Positions 16,594 to 26,495 are shown, counted from the first letter of the stretch. The stretch is 57,095 nt of DNA from Minisyncoccota bacterium (GCA_031972835.1 DALYDX010000001.1:5852-62946), one strand, 5' to 3'. The notes: generated from the sequence alone by a model not told the origin. Numbers and translations: made by a program.

Positions 16594-16708
16594 GGCTGGA
16601 GTCCAATAGATATCTGGTGAATCCGTGTTTCTCCTTGAGTTTGCTCGATTTTTGAGCCGATTTAAGAAAATACACGTGATATTCCTTTATATCTAAAGGC
16701 TTTTATAT

Positions 16709-16894
16709 ATGGCAAAGAAATCAACCGTCGCACGGTCAAACAAAAAACCAAAATTTAGTACCCGAAAAGTAAATCGGTGCTTTCGTTGTGGTCGCACACG
16801 TGGTTTTATGGGAGATTTCGGTGTTTGTCGTATCTGTTTCAGAGAGCTTGCAAACGAGGGTATGATCCCAGGTATTCGTAAATCTAGCTGGTAA
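16709..16894 (+). CDS. rpsZ: 30S ribosomal protein S14, zinc-binding type Z
   Basis: 61 aa with CFRCGR...CRICFRE (CxxC..CxxC). Confidence 0.93.
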   Translation: MAKKSTVARSNKKPKFSTRKVNRCFRCGRTRGFMGDFGVCRICFRELANEGMIPGIRKSSW

Positions 16895-16922
16895 GAGAGT
16901 AATTCAATAAATCAACATCATT

Positions 16923-17309
16923 ATGGATCCAATCGCAGACATGTTAATAAAACTCAAGAATGCTAATCGTGCAGAACACGAGGTAGTTTCTATGCCTTAT
17001 TCACAAATCAAACACGCTATTTTAGACTGTCTAGTTCGCGAGGGATACATAAAGTCAGTAACAAAGAAGACTGACAAGACACATCCAACACTCGAAGCTG
17101 TACTTATTTACAGGAATGATATGCCTCGTATAAGCGATGTTGTGCGCATGTCTAAGCCTTCACGCCGAATTTACCTTGGAGTAAAAGATATCAGACCTAT
17201 AAAGAGTGGTTACGGAATCATAGTATTATCAACACCTAAAGGTATTCTTTCAGGTGCAAATGCAAAGAAAGAATTGGTCGGAGGCGAAATACTATTTAAA
17301 ATGTGGTAA
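16923..17309 (+). CDS. rpsH: 30S ribosomal protein S8
   Basis: S8 N-terminus: DPIADMLIKLKNANRA. Confidence 0.95.
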   Translation: MDPIADMLIKLKNANRAEHEVVSMPYSQIKHAILDCLVREGYIKSVTKKTDKTHPTLEAVLIYRNDMPRISDVVRMSKPSRRIYLGVKDIRPIKSGYGIIVLSTPKGILSGANAKKELVGGEILFKMW

Positions 17310-17316
17310 AAAATAT

Positions 17317-17850
17317 ATGTCACGAGTAGGAAAAAAACAATTACAGATAGAAGGAGGAGTAACAGTCACTTACGTAGATGGTCTTTGTACAGTAACTGGT
17401 CCAAAGGGTACTCTCACAAAGAATTTTCGTGATGATATAGAAGTGTTTATAGTTGATGGTATTGTTTCTTTCAAGCCTAAAAAAGATTCAGTAGCAAACC
17501 GTGCTCTATGGGGAACATATGCATCTCATGTTGAAAACATGATTATCGGTGTTACAAATTTGTTTACAAAAAAGCTTATACTTGAAGGAGTTGGATTCAA
17601 ATCAGATGTCAGTGGATCAAATTTGAATCTTGCATTAGGATTTTCTCATCCTGTTGTTGTGCTTATACCAGCAGGACTTACAGTTACAGCAGAGAAAAAT
17701 GTCATAACAGTTTCAGGTATCGACAAAGAGCTAGTAGGACAATTTACAGCAAAAGTTCGTTCACTTAAAAAGCCAGAACCATATAAGGGTAAAGGTTTCC
17801 GATATGACACTGAAGTTATTCGTCGCAAGCAAGGTAAGAAATCTGCTTAA
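17317..17850 (+). CDS. rplF: 50S ribosomal protein L6
   Basis: MSRVGKKQLQIEGGVTV is L6-like. The ATG at 17317 comes after the rpsH stop, whereas the track ORF from 17254 overlaps rpsH. Confidence 0.93.
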   Translation: MSRVGKKQLQIEGGVTVTYVDGLCTVTGPKGTLTKNFRDDIEVFIVDGIVSFKPKKDSVANRALWGTYASHVENMIIGVTNLFTKKLILEGVGFKSDVSGSNLNLALGFSHPVVVLIPAGLTVTAEKNVITVSGIDKELVGQFTAKVRSLKKPEPYKGKGFRYDTEVIRRKQGKKSA

Positions 17851-17876
17851 TCAATAACGACTAAAGCATAAAATAT

Positions 17877-18227
17877 ATGAAAACTATAAACAAGAAAACT
17901 GAAAAACGTAATCGAATAAAAAGAAAGATCAAAATCAAGATCAGTGGTACTAGTGTACGCCCACGTCTTTCAGTTTTTCGTTCAAATAAATTCATATACG
18001 CACAGTTGATTGACGATGTAGCAGGGAAGACAATTGCTTCAAGTTCTGATGTTAAGACAACAAAAGGAACAAAGAATGAGCGTGCAAAGACAGTAGGTAA
18101 AGAAATCGCAGGTCTTGCAAAAGAGAAGGGGATTAACACCGTTGTTTTTGATAGAAATGGTTTTAAATACACAGGTCGTGTCAAATTACTTGCTGATGAA
18201 GCACGTGTAGCTGGACTTATTTTTTAA
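17877..18227 (+). CDS. rplR: 50S ribosomal protein L18
   Basis: L18-like sequence: [20 protein letters not shown]. Confidence 0.94.
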   Translation: MKTINKKTEKRNRIKRKIKIKISGTSVRPRLSVFRSNKFIYAQLIDDVAGKTIASSSDVKTTKGTKNERAKTVGKEIAGLAKEKGINTVVFDRNGFKYTGRVKLLADEARVAGLIF

Positions 18228-18235
18228 ATAATTTT

Positions 18236-18892
18236 ATGGATACTGAAGAAAACAAAAACGTAATACCAGAAGCTGTACCACAAGCAGAAGTCAAAAAAGA
18301 ATCTGCACCTGTTGCTGCTGCAGCACCTTTCAAAAAAGACGGCGCAAGTCGTGGCGGGCAACGTTCTCGCGGAGGACGCCCTGGAGGTAGAAGTGGATCT
18401 TTCGCTCGCCCAAAGCCAGAGTTTGACCAAAAGATTATTGCTATTCGTCGCGTAACACGTGTTGTTGCTGGAGGACGTCGCATGAGTTTCTCTGTTGCTA
18501 TGATTATTGGAGACAAGAAAGGATCTGTTGGATTTGGTACTGGAAAGGCTACTGATACAGCACTCGCTATTTCAAAGGCTCTAAAAAATGCTCGCAAGAA
18601 CATGATCACAATCAAGACTACAAAATCTATGTCTATTCCTCATGAAATTGAAGCTAAATTCTCAAGTTGCCAAGTAGAGATTGCTCCAAATCGCCGTCAT
18701 GGAATCGTGGCAGGAAGTGTTGTACGCGATATTGTAATACTTGCTGGACTAAAAAACATAACAGGTAAGATTCATTCTGGAAGTAAAAATCGTCTAAACA
18801 ACGCTCAGGCTGTTATGAAAGCACTCTCTACTATAGCTACAAAGAAACGCGTTTCACCTGTAGAAGAGGTTCATTCATACGTTCAACAATAA
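18236..18892 (+). CDS. rpsE: 30S ribosomal protein S5 (N-terminal extension)
   Basis: S5 core: IAIRRVTRVVAGGRRMSFSVAMIIGDKKGSVGFGTGKA. Confidence 0.95.
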   Translation: MDTEENKNVIPEAVPQAEVKKESAPVAAAAPFKKDGASRGGQRSRGGRPGGRSGSFARPKPEFDQKIIAIRRVTRVVAGGRRMSFSVAMIIGDKKGSVGFGTGKATDTALAISKALKNARKNMITIKTTKSMSIPHEIEAKFSSCQVEIAPNRRHGIVAGSVVRDIVILAGLKNITGKIHSGSKNRLNNAQAVMKALSTIATKKRVSPVEEVHSYVQQ

Positions 18893-18903
18893 TTTTTTAA
18901 ACT

Positions 18904-19347
18904 ATGCAATTACACACACTAAAAAGAAATACACCAAATAAAAAAAGCGCTCAAGTTGGCCGTGGTGGTACTCGCGGTAAGACTTCAGGCCGTGGAACAA
19001 AGGGTCAAAAGTCTCGTGCTGGTAACAAGCGACGTCCTCATATTCGAGATATCATAAAGAAACTCCCGAAGCTTCGTGGTCGCGGAAAAAATAGTTTTGT
19101 AAGTTTTGAATTAAAACCTAAAACTGTAAATCTATCTTTTATCGATACACATTTTAAAGCTGGAGACATAGTCAATCCTTCAGTTTTGCTTGAAAAGAAA
19201 CTAGTAAAACATATTCGTGGAGTTACTCCAAAAGTTAAGATCTTGGGAACAGGTGAAATAACTAAAAAGGTTACAATCTCACACTGTCTCGTATCAGAAT
19301 CTGCAGAGAAAAAGATTGTCGCTGCTGGAGGTGAAGTTCGAAAATAA
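18904..19347 (+). CDS. rplO: 50S ribosomal protein L15
   Basis: L15 sequence GRGGTRGKTSGRGTKGQKSR. It starts 11 nt after rpsE, so no L30 gene lies between them. Confidence 0.94.
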   Translation: MQLHTLKRNTPNKKSAQVGRGGTRGKTSGRGTKGQKSRAGNKRRPHIRDIIKKLPKLRGRGKNSFVSFELKPKTVNLSFIDTHFKAGDIVNPSVLLEKKLVKHIRGVTPKVKILGTGEITKKVTISHCLVSESAEKKIVAAGGEVRK

Positions 19348-19352
19348 AATTT

Positions 19353-20624
19353 ATGAAAAAGTTCTGGCAAAAAATACATAAAATATTCTCTGATAAGTCT
19401 CTCCGAAAGAGAATAGTATTTGTTGTTTTGATGCTCGCTGTTTTCAGAGTTTTGGCTGCAATTCCAATCCCGGGTATTGATGCATCACGTCTCGCGTCTC
19501 TTTTATCTGGAAACCAATTTTTGGGTATTTTAAATATATTCTCTGGAGGAGGTCTTTCAAACCTATCTATCATAATGCTTGGAGTTGGTCCATACATCAC
19601 TGCGTCTATCATAATGCAGCTTTTGACTTTGATGTTTCCTCGTTTAAAGGAGATGTACCAAGAAGAAGGTGAGGCTGGACGAAAACGTTTTACTCAATAC
19701 TCAAGACTTCTTACTATTCCTCTCGCCGCTGTGCAAGGTTTTAGTTTGATTGTTATACTCGCTAGACAAGGAGTTCTACCAACTCTAGGTCTTTTCCAGA
19801 TCATCACCAGTGTTATTGTCTTGATCGCAGGATCAATGCTACTTATGTGGATCGGTGAGCTTATCACAGAATTTGGAGTAGGAAACGGAGTATCTATTTT
19901 GATATTTGCTGGTATCGTGGCCAATGTTCCTACAGAAATCAGTCAGATTCTTTTCTCTTTTGATCCTTCACAAATTCCACTTTATATACTGTTTGTTCTC
20001 ACAGCAGTATTACTCATAGTTGGTGTTGTATACGTGACTGAAGCTGAGCGACCAATACCAGTGACATATGCCAAACAATCTAGGGGTAATGCAACAACTC
20101 GTGGAGCTTCTACATATGTACCGCTTCGTGTAAACCAAGCTGGTGTGATTCCAATTATCTTTGCACTTTCAATCCTACTTTTCCCACAGCTTATAGGTAA
20201 CATGCTCGCGACTTCTACAAGTGGATTCTTGCTTGGTGTATCAAAATTTATGTTGATATTCTCTCAAGGTACACTATGGTATGGAGTTGCTTACTTTGTA
20301 CTTGTATTCCTATTTACATATTTCTACACTGCAGTTACTTTCGATCCACATGCTATGGCGACGAACTTGCAAAAGGGCGGTGCATTTATTCCAGGTATTC
20401 GTCCGGGTCAAGCTACAGAGGAGTATGTAGGCAATATCGTTACTCGTATTACATTCTTGGGCGCACTTTTCTTGGGTATCGTGGCGGTGCTTCCATTTAT
20501 AGTACAGAGTGTTACTGGTATTACTCAGCTTGCTATCGGTGGAACAGCGCTCTTGATCGTTGTATCAGTTGTGCTTGATCTAATCAAGAAAATCGACGCC
20601 CAGCTTTCAATGAGGGAATACTAA
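19353..20624 (+). CDS. secY: preprotein translocase subunit SecY
   Basis: 423-aa polytopic membrane protein in the canonical position, with SecY-like segments (GIDASRL, LGVGPYITASIIMQLL). Confidence 0.96.
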   Translation: MKKFWQKIHKIFSDKSLRKRIVFVVLMLAVFRVLAAIPIPGIDASRLASLLSGNQFLGILNIFSGGGLSNLSIIMLGVGPYITASIIMQLLTLMFPRLKEMYQEEGEAGRKRFTQYSRLLTIPLAAVQGFSLIVILARQGVLPTLGLFQIITSVIVLIAGSMLLMWIGELITEFGVGNGVSILIFAGIVANVPTEISQILFSFDPSQIPLYILFVLTAVLLIVGVVYVTEAERPIPVTYAKQSRGNATTRGASTYVPLRVNQAGVIPIIFALSILLFPQLIGNMLATSTSGFLLGVSKFMLIFSQGTLWYGVAYFVLVFLFTYFYTAVTFDPHAMATNLQKGGAFIPGIRPGQATEEYVGNIVTRITFLGALFLGIVAVLPFIVQSVTGITQLAIGGTALLIVVSVVLDLIKKIDAQLSMREY

Positions 20625-20652
20625 TATAAGAACAATAGATCGAGGAACAGGT

Positions 20653-20690
20653 AAAATAAAATCTAGAACTTTGTTCTAGATTTTATTTTT
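20653..20690 (+). terminator. intrinsic terminator after secY
   Basis: Long AT-rich hairpin aaaataaaatctagaac-ttt-gttctagattttatttt followed by a T-run. Confidence 0.7.
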
Positions 20691-20721
20691 ATAAAAGTGT
20701 TTTTCATGATAGGATGCGCAT

Positions 20722-21324
20722 ATGCAAGATAGTCCAAAAAATTTCATATTCATAGGCCGTTCAGGTTGCGGAAAGGGTACTCAAGCTGAGCTACTTATAA
20801 ATCACTTGAAAGAAAACGATTCTCCAGATCGAGGGATTTTCTATATGGAAATCGGCAAGAAATTTCGAGATTATTTGAATGAGCAAACTTATACAACAGG
20901 GCTTTCAAAAGAGATATATAAAAAAGGTGAACTTCAGCCAGATTTCCTAGCTATCCATATATGGGCGCATTCTATTATCGCGGACTACAATGGGTCTGAT
21001 CATATGATTGTCGATGGTATACCCAGATCACTTATTCAAGCGGAGGTTTTTGAGACCGCTATGAATTTCTACGACAAGCAAGAAGTGTTTGTTATAAATC
21101 TCGATGTGTCCGAAGATTGGTCTCGTGCTCGTCTCGAAGCTCGCGGTCGTGCCGACGATAAAGAGAAAGATGAAGTCGAGAACAGGCTTGCTTGGTTTAC
21201 ACGTGATGTAATACCAGCGATAGATTACTTTAGAAAAAATTCCCGATATAAAGTTTTGGATATAAACGGCGAGCAATCTATAGAAGAGGTATTTGCAGAA
21301 ATATTAAACAAAATATCTATTTAA
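20722..21324 (+). CDS. adk: adenylate kinase
   Basis: P-loop GRSGCGKGTQAE and position after secY. Confidence 0.85.
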   Translation: MQDSPKNFIFIGRSGCGKGTQAELLINHLKENDSPDRGIFYMEIGKKFRDYLNEQTYTTGLSKEIYKKGELQPDFLAIHIWAHSIIADYNGSDHMIVDGIPRSLIQAEVFETAMNFYDKQEVFVINLDVSEDWSRARLEARGRADDKEKDEVENRLAWFTRDVIPAIDYFRKNSRYKVLDINGEQSIEEVFAEILNKISI

Positions 21325-21332
21325 TAAATAAA

Positions 21333-22103
21333 GTGGTAATAATTAAAACAAAAAAAGAGATTGAGATACTTCGTGAAGGAGGTAAGATTTTAGCTAAGGT
21401 ATTAGATGAAGTAGTTAAGAAGGTTAAACCAGGTATTACTACTGACGAACTTGATACATATGCTTATAACCTAATTAAAAAATATGGTGGTGAGCCAGCT
21501 TTTTTGAATTATCAGCCAGACGGGGCAAGTTATCCATACCCAGCGACTATTTGCATATCGGTGAATGACGAAGTTGTTCATGGGATACCAAGTCCTCGTG
21601 TTTTGAAAAATGGCGATGTCGTTTCTCTAGACTTAGGTCTCAAATACAAAGGCATGTTTACTGATCATGCGCGTACAGTTCCCGTAGGCAAGATAAGTCC
21701 AGCTTCAAAAAAACTACTCTCTTTTGCAGAGGAAGCTATGTATATAGGTATCGAACAGGCTCGTGCAGGGAATACCACAGGAGATATCGGCTATGCTATA
21801 GAGAGCTATATCAAGCCACACAAGTATGGAATCGTACGAGAACTTGCAGGACACGGTGTGGGGCGAGCAATCCATGAAGATCCATATATCCCAAACTTCG
21901 GCAAGAGAGGTGCTGGAGAGAAGCTTGTAGCGGGGATGGTGGTTGCGATAGAGCCTATGGTGAACGAAGGTACTGGCTCTGTAGTATTTGAAGATGACGG
22001 GTATACCGTATCCACAAAAGACGGCAAAAAGAGCGCGCACTTTGAACATACGATATTGATAACCGATGGGGATCCAGAGATATTGACTTCATTAAAAAAA
22101 TAA
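21333..22103 (+). CDS. map: type I methionine aminopeptidase
   Basis: MetAP metal-ligand context (DLG..., HGVGR.IHE, EPM) with a GTG start. A terminator follows at 22103-22131. Confidence 0.93.
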   Translation: MVIIKTKKEIEILREGGKILAKVLDEVVKKVKPGITTDELDTYAYNLIKKYGGEPAFLNYQPDGASYPYPATICISVNDEVVHGIPSPRVLKNGDVVSLDLGLKYKGMFTDHARTVPVGKISPASKKLLSFAEEAMYIGIEQARAGNTTGDIGYAIESYIKPHKYGIVRELAGHGVGRAIHEDPYIPNFGKRGAGEKLVAGMVVAIEPMVNEGTGSVVFEDDGYTVSTKDGKKSAHFEHTILITDGDPEILTSLKK

Positions 22104-22143
22104 AAACCTCAGACGAGGTTTTTATTTTTTTAATTTATTTATA

Positions 22144-22590
22144 TTATTCTGCTGACTCTCTTTCTTTTGCCCATTCCATTTTAGTTTGTTTCATTAATGC
22201 AATTCCTCCTGTTACAAATGTTGTGAGTAGACCTCCGATAACCATTAAGTTGGCCGCAAGCTCTTGAGGGTTGAATGCAAATTCTTTGTGTTCACTCATA
22301 TCTATTTTCATAAATCCTTCGACAGCAGCACTAACCCCTAAGACAGCGATTAATCCGAAGATGTTTCTAGACTTCTTGTATGCACTTACTGCATTTTCAG
22401 GATTTCTAGCGACAGATGCTTCAGTGATGTTTCCAATAAGCTCTTTTGCTTCTTCAGCACTTTTCATGACTGAATCAAGCATCTCTGGACTTACATTTTT
22501 TAATCCTTCAAGTGCAATTTCTTTTGTGTCGTCTGTTTTTTCAACAGGGGCTACTGTATTTACAGGATTTTCATTTCCAAATTTAAACAT
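22144..22590 (-). CDS. hypothetical membrane protein
   Basis: 148-aa ORF with two hydrophobic segments. Confidence 0.5.
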   Translation of the reverse strand: MFKFGNENPVNTVAPVEKTDDTKEIALEGLKNVSPEMLDSVMKSAEEAKELIGNITEASVARNPENAVSAYKKSRNIFGLIAVLGVSAAVEGFMKIDMSEHKEFAFNPQELAANLMVIGGLLTTFVTGGIALMKQTKMEWAKERESAE

Positions 22591-22601
22591 ATATTTTTTA
22601 G

Positions 22602-22742
22602 TTAAGGTTGTAATTGTTTGAGATCTTCATTAAGATCTTTGATTAAGATTTCGAAGTTTTGAAAGAAAGCGACCTTTTCTTCTTCGGTTGCCTGCCCAGA
22701 CTTAATTTTTTCGGCTAATGCCAACATTTCTTCTTGTTTCAT
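22602..22742 (-). CDS. small hypothetical protein (46 aa)
   Basis: Translated by hand as MKQEEMLALAEKIKSGQATEEEKVAFFQNFEILIKDLNEDLKQLQP. It ends 11 nt upstream of the 22590 start. It is below the ORF-track length cut-off. Confidence 0.3.
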   Translation of the reverse strand: MKQEEMLALAEKIKSGQATEEEKVAFFQNFEILIKDLNEDLKQLQP

Positions 22743-23073
22743 ATATAAAAAGTTACTTTATAAGACTACATTTAATTAAAGCATATTTGTAGGTATTTTT
22801 CCATAAAAAATCCTTCCAATGCAATGCCTTGGAAGGATACCTACGAAAGATTGATAGGGTAGGACAGATCCAAAGCCCACAATACTTCTTTTGTTTTTTG
22901 AGCCCGTTTTCTCTTCAGTTCCCGTCTCCTTCGTAGGATTTTCAGGATTCTTATAAATCTCATAACATATATATTTGTACTGAACATTGTATCATATATA
23001 ATATGAAAAGTCAATAGCATTTTACCCCAATTAAATATATGTATTTTTAGTTCATGAGTTATACTAATATGAT

Positions 23074-25797
23074 ATGAACCTTAGTTTCAATGAAATGCCG
23101 AAGTTTCAAACTCCCGAAGAGGAGCTCAGATTTTTGCGTGAGCACATAGCAAAACGCGAACAAGAGATATCAAGTGCTGGTGGAAATCCTGAAAAAAAAG
23201 AAGTAGCAAGTTCTACCCTAGAAGCTTACAAAGCTGTCCCTCAAGAAAAAGTCTTGGCCGATGTTGCTGTGGTTACAAAATCTGAATCCGATCAGTTTGT
23301 TTTGCGTCTTAAGCCAGAAGCTCATGATACAAAGATGGAAGAGCTCTTAGGTATACTGCTTTCTCGTGGCATAAAAGCTGCACTTGAAATGGCCTCTGGT
23401 TTTAACAATCCACATCTGGACGATGATTTCCATCGCTTTCTCGTGCAGTATCTTATCTCAGCTCGCGGTATCCCTGGACTTAAAGAGAATGCTCCAATAT
23501 TCAAGGGTTTGAATATGTCGCTTTTTGAGGTGACACTACCACCCGCAGGAGATAAAGACAGAGGTTTCAAAGAACTACTCGGTGCGATGGAACAGTTCTA
23601 CGCAGGCATGCAATCAGTTGCAGGTGATATAAACAATAAGACAAAAGAATACTACACACTTGAAATTGCACTCTCTAGTTCGTCTGATCAGGTGATTGTC
23701 TACGCAGGAGTTCCAAAAAATAAAGGCCAGCTTTTTGAAAAACAAGTTTTATCTTTTTATACAGAAGCCAAGGTTCGTGAGATAAATGATGACTATAATA
23801 TTTTTTCTGTGGGAGGTGCTTCATCTGGAGCGCATGGTAGTTTGGCTGAGAATCCAATAATGCCTATAAAAACTCATGATGCACTAGACCACGACCCGAT
23901 GCAGGCAGTTTTGAATGTATTTTCCAAGATGAAGCGTGAAGGTGAGGGAGCTGCGATTCAGTTTGTCATCCAGCCTGCTGGAGATACATTTATCAAGCGT
24001 TTTACAAGTGTATTGAAAGATGTAAAAGATGGCCTGTCATTGAAAGAGGCGAGTGAAAACCATAAAGTTGGTTCAGCTATTTTGAATGCATCAAAGAATT
24101 TGCTCTTTGGTTCAAGTAAAGACAAAGAAAAAGAAAAAAAGATTGATGACAACGCCATAAATCATATTAGTGAAAAGATTAAAAGCACTATTTTGGAAGT
24201 CGGTATACGTGTTATTTCATCTGCAGAGACCAAACAGCGCGCAGACGATATATTGCTTGAGATGGAAAGTGCGTTCAATCAATTCAACGATCCTTCTAGT
24301 AACCATTTTGTTTTCAAAAAGATTCCAGATAAAAAGCTTCCAGGACTTTTTCATGAATATTCATACAGACTTATCGATGAGGAGAATTCACTGCCACTCA
24401 ATCTTCGTGAGATATCGACTATCTTTCATTTCCCAGTTGGTGTAGGCAATCCACAGCTCAAGGAGGCAAAGGCTGGTATTGCGCCTGCTCCACTCGATAT
24501 GAGTACAGATGGTATATTGCTCGGTTACAACAAATATAGAGGTATGGATACACCAGTACATATGAAGCGCGAAGATCGCATGCGTCACTTTTATGTTATC
24601 GGTCAGACTGGTACTGGTAAAACTGTGATTTTGAAAAATATGATTGCGCAGGACATCAAAAATGGTGACGGTTGTTGTTTTATAGATCCGCACGGTACTG
24701 ATATTCAAGATATCCTTTCCTATGTTCCACCAGAGAGAATAGACGATGTTATATATTTTGATCCGGCCTATATTCCTCGACCTATGGCACTCAACATGCT
24801 TGAGTTTGATCCACGATACCCAGAACAGAAGACTATGGTGATAGATACTCTTATGATGATTTTTAACCAACTTTTCTCAAAGGAGTCTATGGGCCCGATG
24901 TTTGAGCAATACTTTAAAAACGGGGCATATTTGGTTATGGATCATCCAGAAAGTGGCTCTACATTGCTTGAGATTACTCGTGTACTAGCAGACAAGGCAT
25001 TCAGAGATATGAAGCTATCACACTGCAAGAATCCAATTGTGAAGCAATTTTGGGCGTCTGCCGAGGCGACTACTGGCGACCAAGGACTTTCAAACTTTGT
25101 GCCTTACATCACTTCAAAATTCGATGTATTTATTTCAAATGAATTTACCAGACCTGTTGTACTCCAAGAAACATCTGCATTAAATTTTAGAGATATCATG
25201 GACAATAAAAAGATTCTCCTCGTGAATCTTTCAAAGGGTCGTCTTGGGGAACTCAATGCAAACTTGATCGGTATGCTTATTGTTATGAAATTCCAAATGG
25301 CTGCACTCTCTCGTGTGGATTCATATGGAAAACAAATGTCAGATTTCTATCTGTATATAGACGAGTTCCAAAACGTTACAACTCCCGCAATATCATCTAT
25401 TCTCTCTGAGGCTCGTAAATACAGACTATCTCTCAATGTTGCTCACCAATATATATCTCAACTTACAGATGATATTAAAAATGCAGTTTTCGGTAACGTA
25501 GGATCAATGGCTGTTTTCCGAATCAGTCCAGAAGATGCGTCGTACCTTGAGCCGAAGTTTACACCAACATTTACCGCTCAAGATATTACACGTCTAGACA
25601 ACTACAATGCATACATGAGTATGATTATAAATGGAGCTCCTGCACTTAAGCCGTTTAACATAGAAACTCTTGCACCACAAAAAGGTAATGTAGAGATTGT
25701 AGAAAAACTAAAACAGATTTCATACTTGAAATATGGACGCGATAGAGATCAGGTAGAAGAAGAGGTTTTTGCAAAATTTAACAAAGCAAAGCAATAA
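23074..25797 (+). CDS. FtsK/HerA-superfamily P-loop ATPase, TraG/VirD4 (T4SS coupling protein)-like
   Basis: Walker A GQTGTGKT, Walker B-like YIDEFQN, and a large N-terminal non-ATPase region. Confidence 0.6.
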   Translation: MNLSFNEMPKFQTPEEELRFLREHIAKREQEISSAGGNPEKKEVASSTLEAYKAVPQEKVLADVAVVTKSESDQFVLRLKPEAHDTKMEELLGILLSRGIKAALEMASGFNNPHLDDDFHRFLVQYLISARGIPGLKENAPIFKGLNMSLFEVTLPPAGDKDRGFKELLGAMEQFYAGMQSVAGDINNKTKEYYTLEIALSSSSDQVIVYAGVPKNKGQLFEKQVLSFYTEAKVREINDDYNIFSVGGASSGAHGSLAENPIMPIKTHDALDHDPMQAVLNVFSKMKREGEGAAIQFVIQPAGDTFIKRFTSVLKDVKDGLSLKEASENHKVGSAILNASKNLLFGSSKDKEKEKKIDDNAINHISEKIKSTILEVGIRVISSAETKQRADDILLEMESAFNQFNDPSSNHFVFKKIPDKKLPGLFHEYSYRLIDEENSLPLNLREISTIFHFPVGVGNPQLKEAKAGIAPAPLDMSTDGILLGYNKYRGMDTPVHMKREDRMRHFYVIGQTGTGKTVILKNMIAQDIKNGDGCCFIDPHGTDIQDILSYVPPERIDDVIYFDPAYIPRPMALNMLEFDPRYPEQKTMVIDTLMMIFNQLFSKESMGPMFEQYFKNGAYLVMDHPESGSTLLEITRVLADKAFRDMKLSHCKNPIVKQFWASAEATTGDQGLSNFVPYITSKFDVFISNEFTRPVVLQETSALNFRDIMDNKKILLVNLSKGRLGELNANLIGMLIVMKFQMAALSRVDSYGKQMSDFYLYIDEFQNVTTPAISSILSEARKYRLSLNVAHQYISQLTDDIKNAVFGNVGSMAVFRISPEDASYLEPKFTPTFTAQDITRLDNYNAYMSMIINGAPALKPFNIETLAPQKGNVEIVEKLKQISYLKYGRDRDQVEEEVFAKFNKAKQ

Positions 25798-25867
25798 ATC
25801 ATTGAGTTGCAGAAAACGATTATATTCTGTAAGATGAAGGCACTTTAGTATTAATAAGTAAAAAATA

Positions 25868-26383
25868 ATGAAAACCATAGAACACACACTCATAGTATTC
25901 AAGCCGGATGCAATACAGCGCGGGATTGTCGGGGAGATAGTAACTAGATTTGAAAAAGTTGGCTTAAAGATTGTCGGAGCAAAAATGATTCAGCCGTCTA
26001 CAGACCACTTTCTCCATCACTATGAAGGTATTGGCAAAATGATATCACGACGTGGACAGAAAGCTTTTGACGATACAGTAAAGATGGTGCAAAATGGTCC
26101 AGTTTTCGCATTCATCCTAGAGGGGATAGAGGCTGTTTCATTGGTAAGAAAAATGGTTGGCGCAACTGAACCAAAAAGCGCTCTTCCTGGAACAATCAGA
26201 GGGGATTATGCGCACATGAGTTTTACTCATGCAGATGATCAAAATGTTGGATTACCTAATCTAATTCATGCTTCAGGATCTACAGAGGAAGCAGTAGAAG
26301 AAATAAAACATTGGTTTAGTGAGTCTGAGATATATTCTTATGAAGCATCTCATGAATTCCATACACAAACAAAAACTAAATAG
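25868..26383 (+). CDS. ndk: nucleoside-diphosphate kinase
   Basis: NDK motifs: ERTLIVFKPDAIQRGIVGEI...GTIRGDY...NLIHASGS. Confidence 0.9.
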   Translation: MKTIEHTLIVFKPDAIQRGIVGEIVTRFEKVGLKIVGAKMIQPSTDHFLHHYEGIGKMISRRGQKAFDDTVKMVQNGPVFAFILEGIEAVSLVRKMVGATEPKSALPGTIRGDYAHMSFTHADDQNVGLPNLIHASGSTEEAVEEIKHWFSESEIYSYEASHEFHTQTKTK

Positions 26384-26460
26384 TTTTTTTGACAAAAACC
26401 CAATAAAATGGGTTTTTGTTTTATTTAAAAGTTGTAAAACATTTTTTTAATCCGTCTAGA

Positions 26461-26489
26461 TTGCGGGATTCGAATGTAGGGTCTATAAT
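26461..26489 (+). promoter_or_regulatory. sigma70-like promoter (TTGCGG-N17-TATAAT)
   Basis: ttgcgg at 26461-26466 and tataat at 26484-26489. The predicted start near 26496 coincides with the 5' arm of a long-range helix. Confidence 0.5.
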
Positions 26490-26495
26490 CTTTGC

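Noticed and set aside
22841-22963. 40-aa highly basic minus-strand ORF (MRFIRILKILRRRRELKRKRAQ...) followed by a hairpin plus T-run at 22811-22845
   Set aside because: It is very short, I recognise no homolog, and no clear promoter is evident. It may be real, but I cannot support it from sequence alone.
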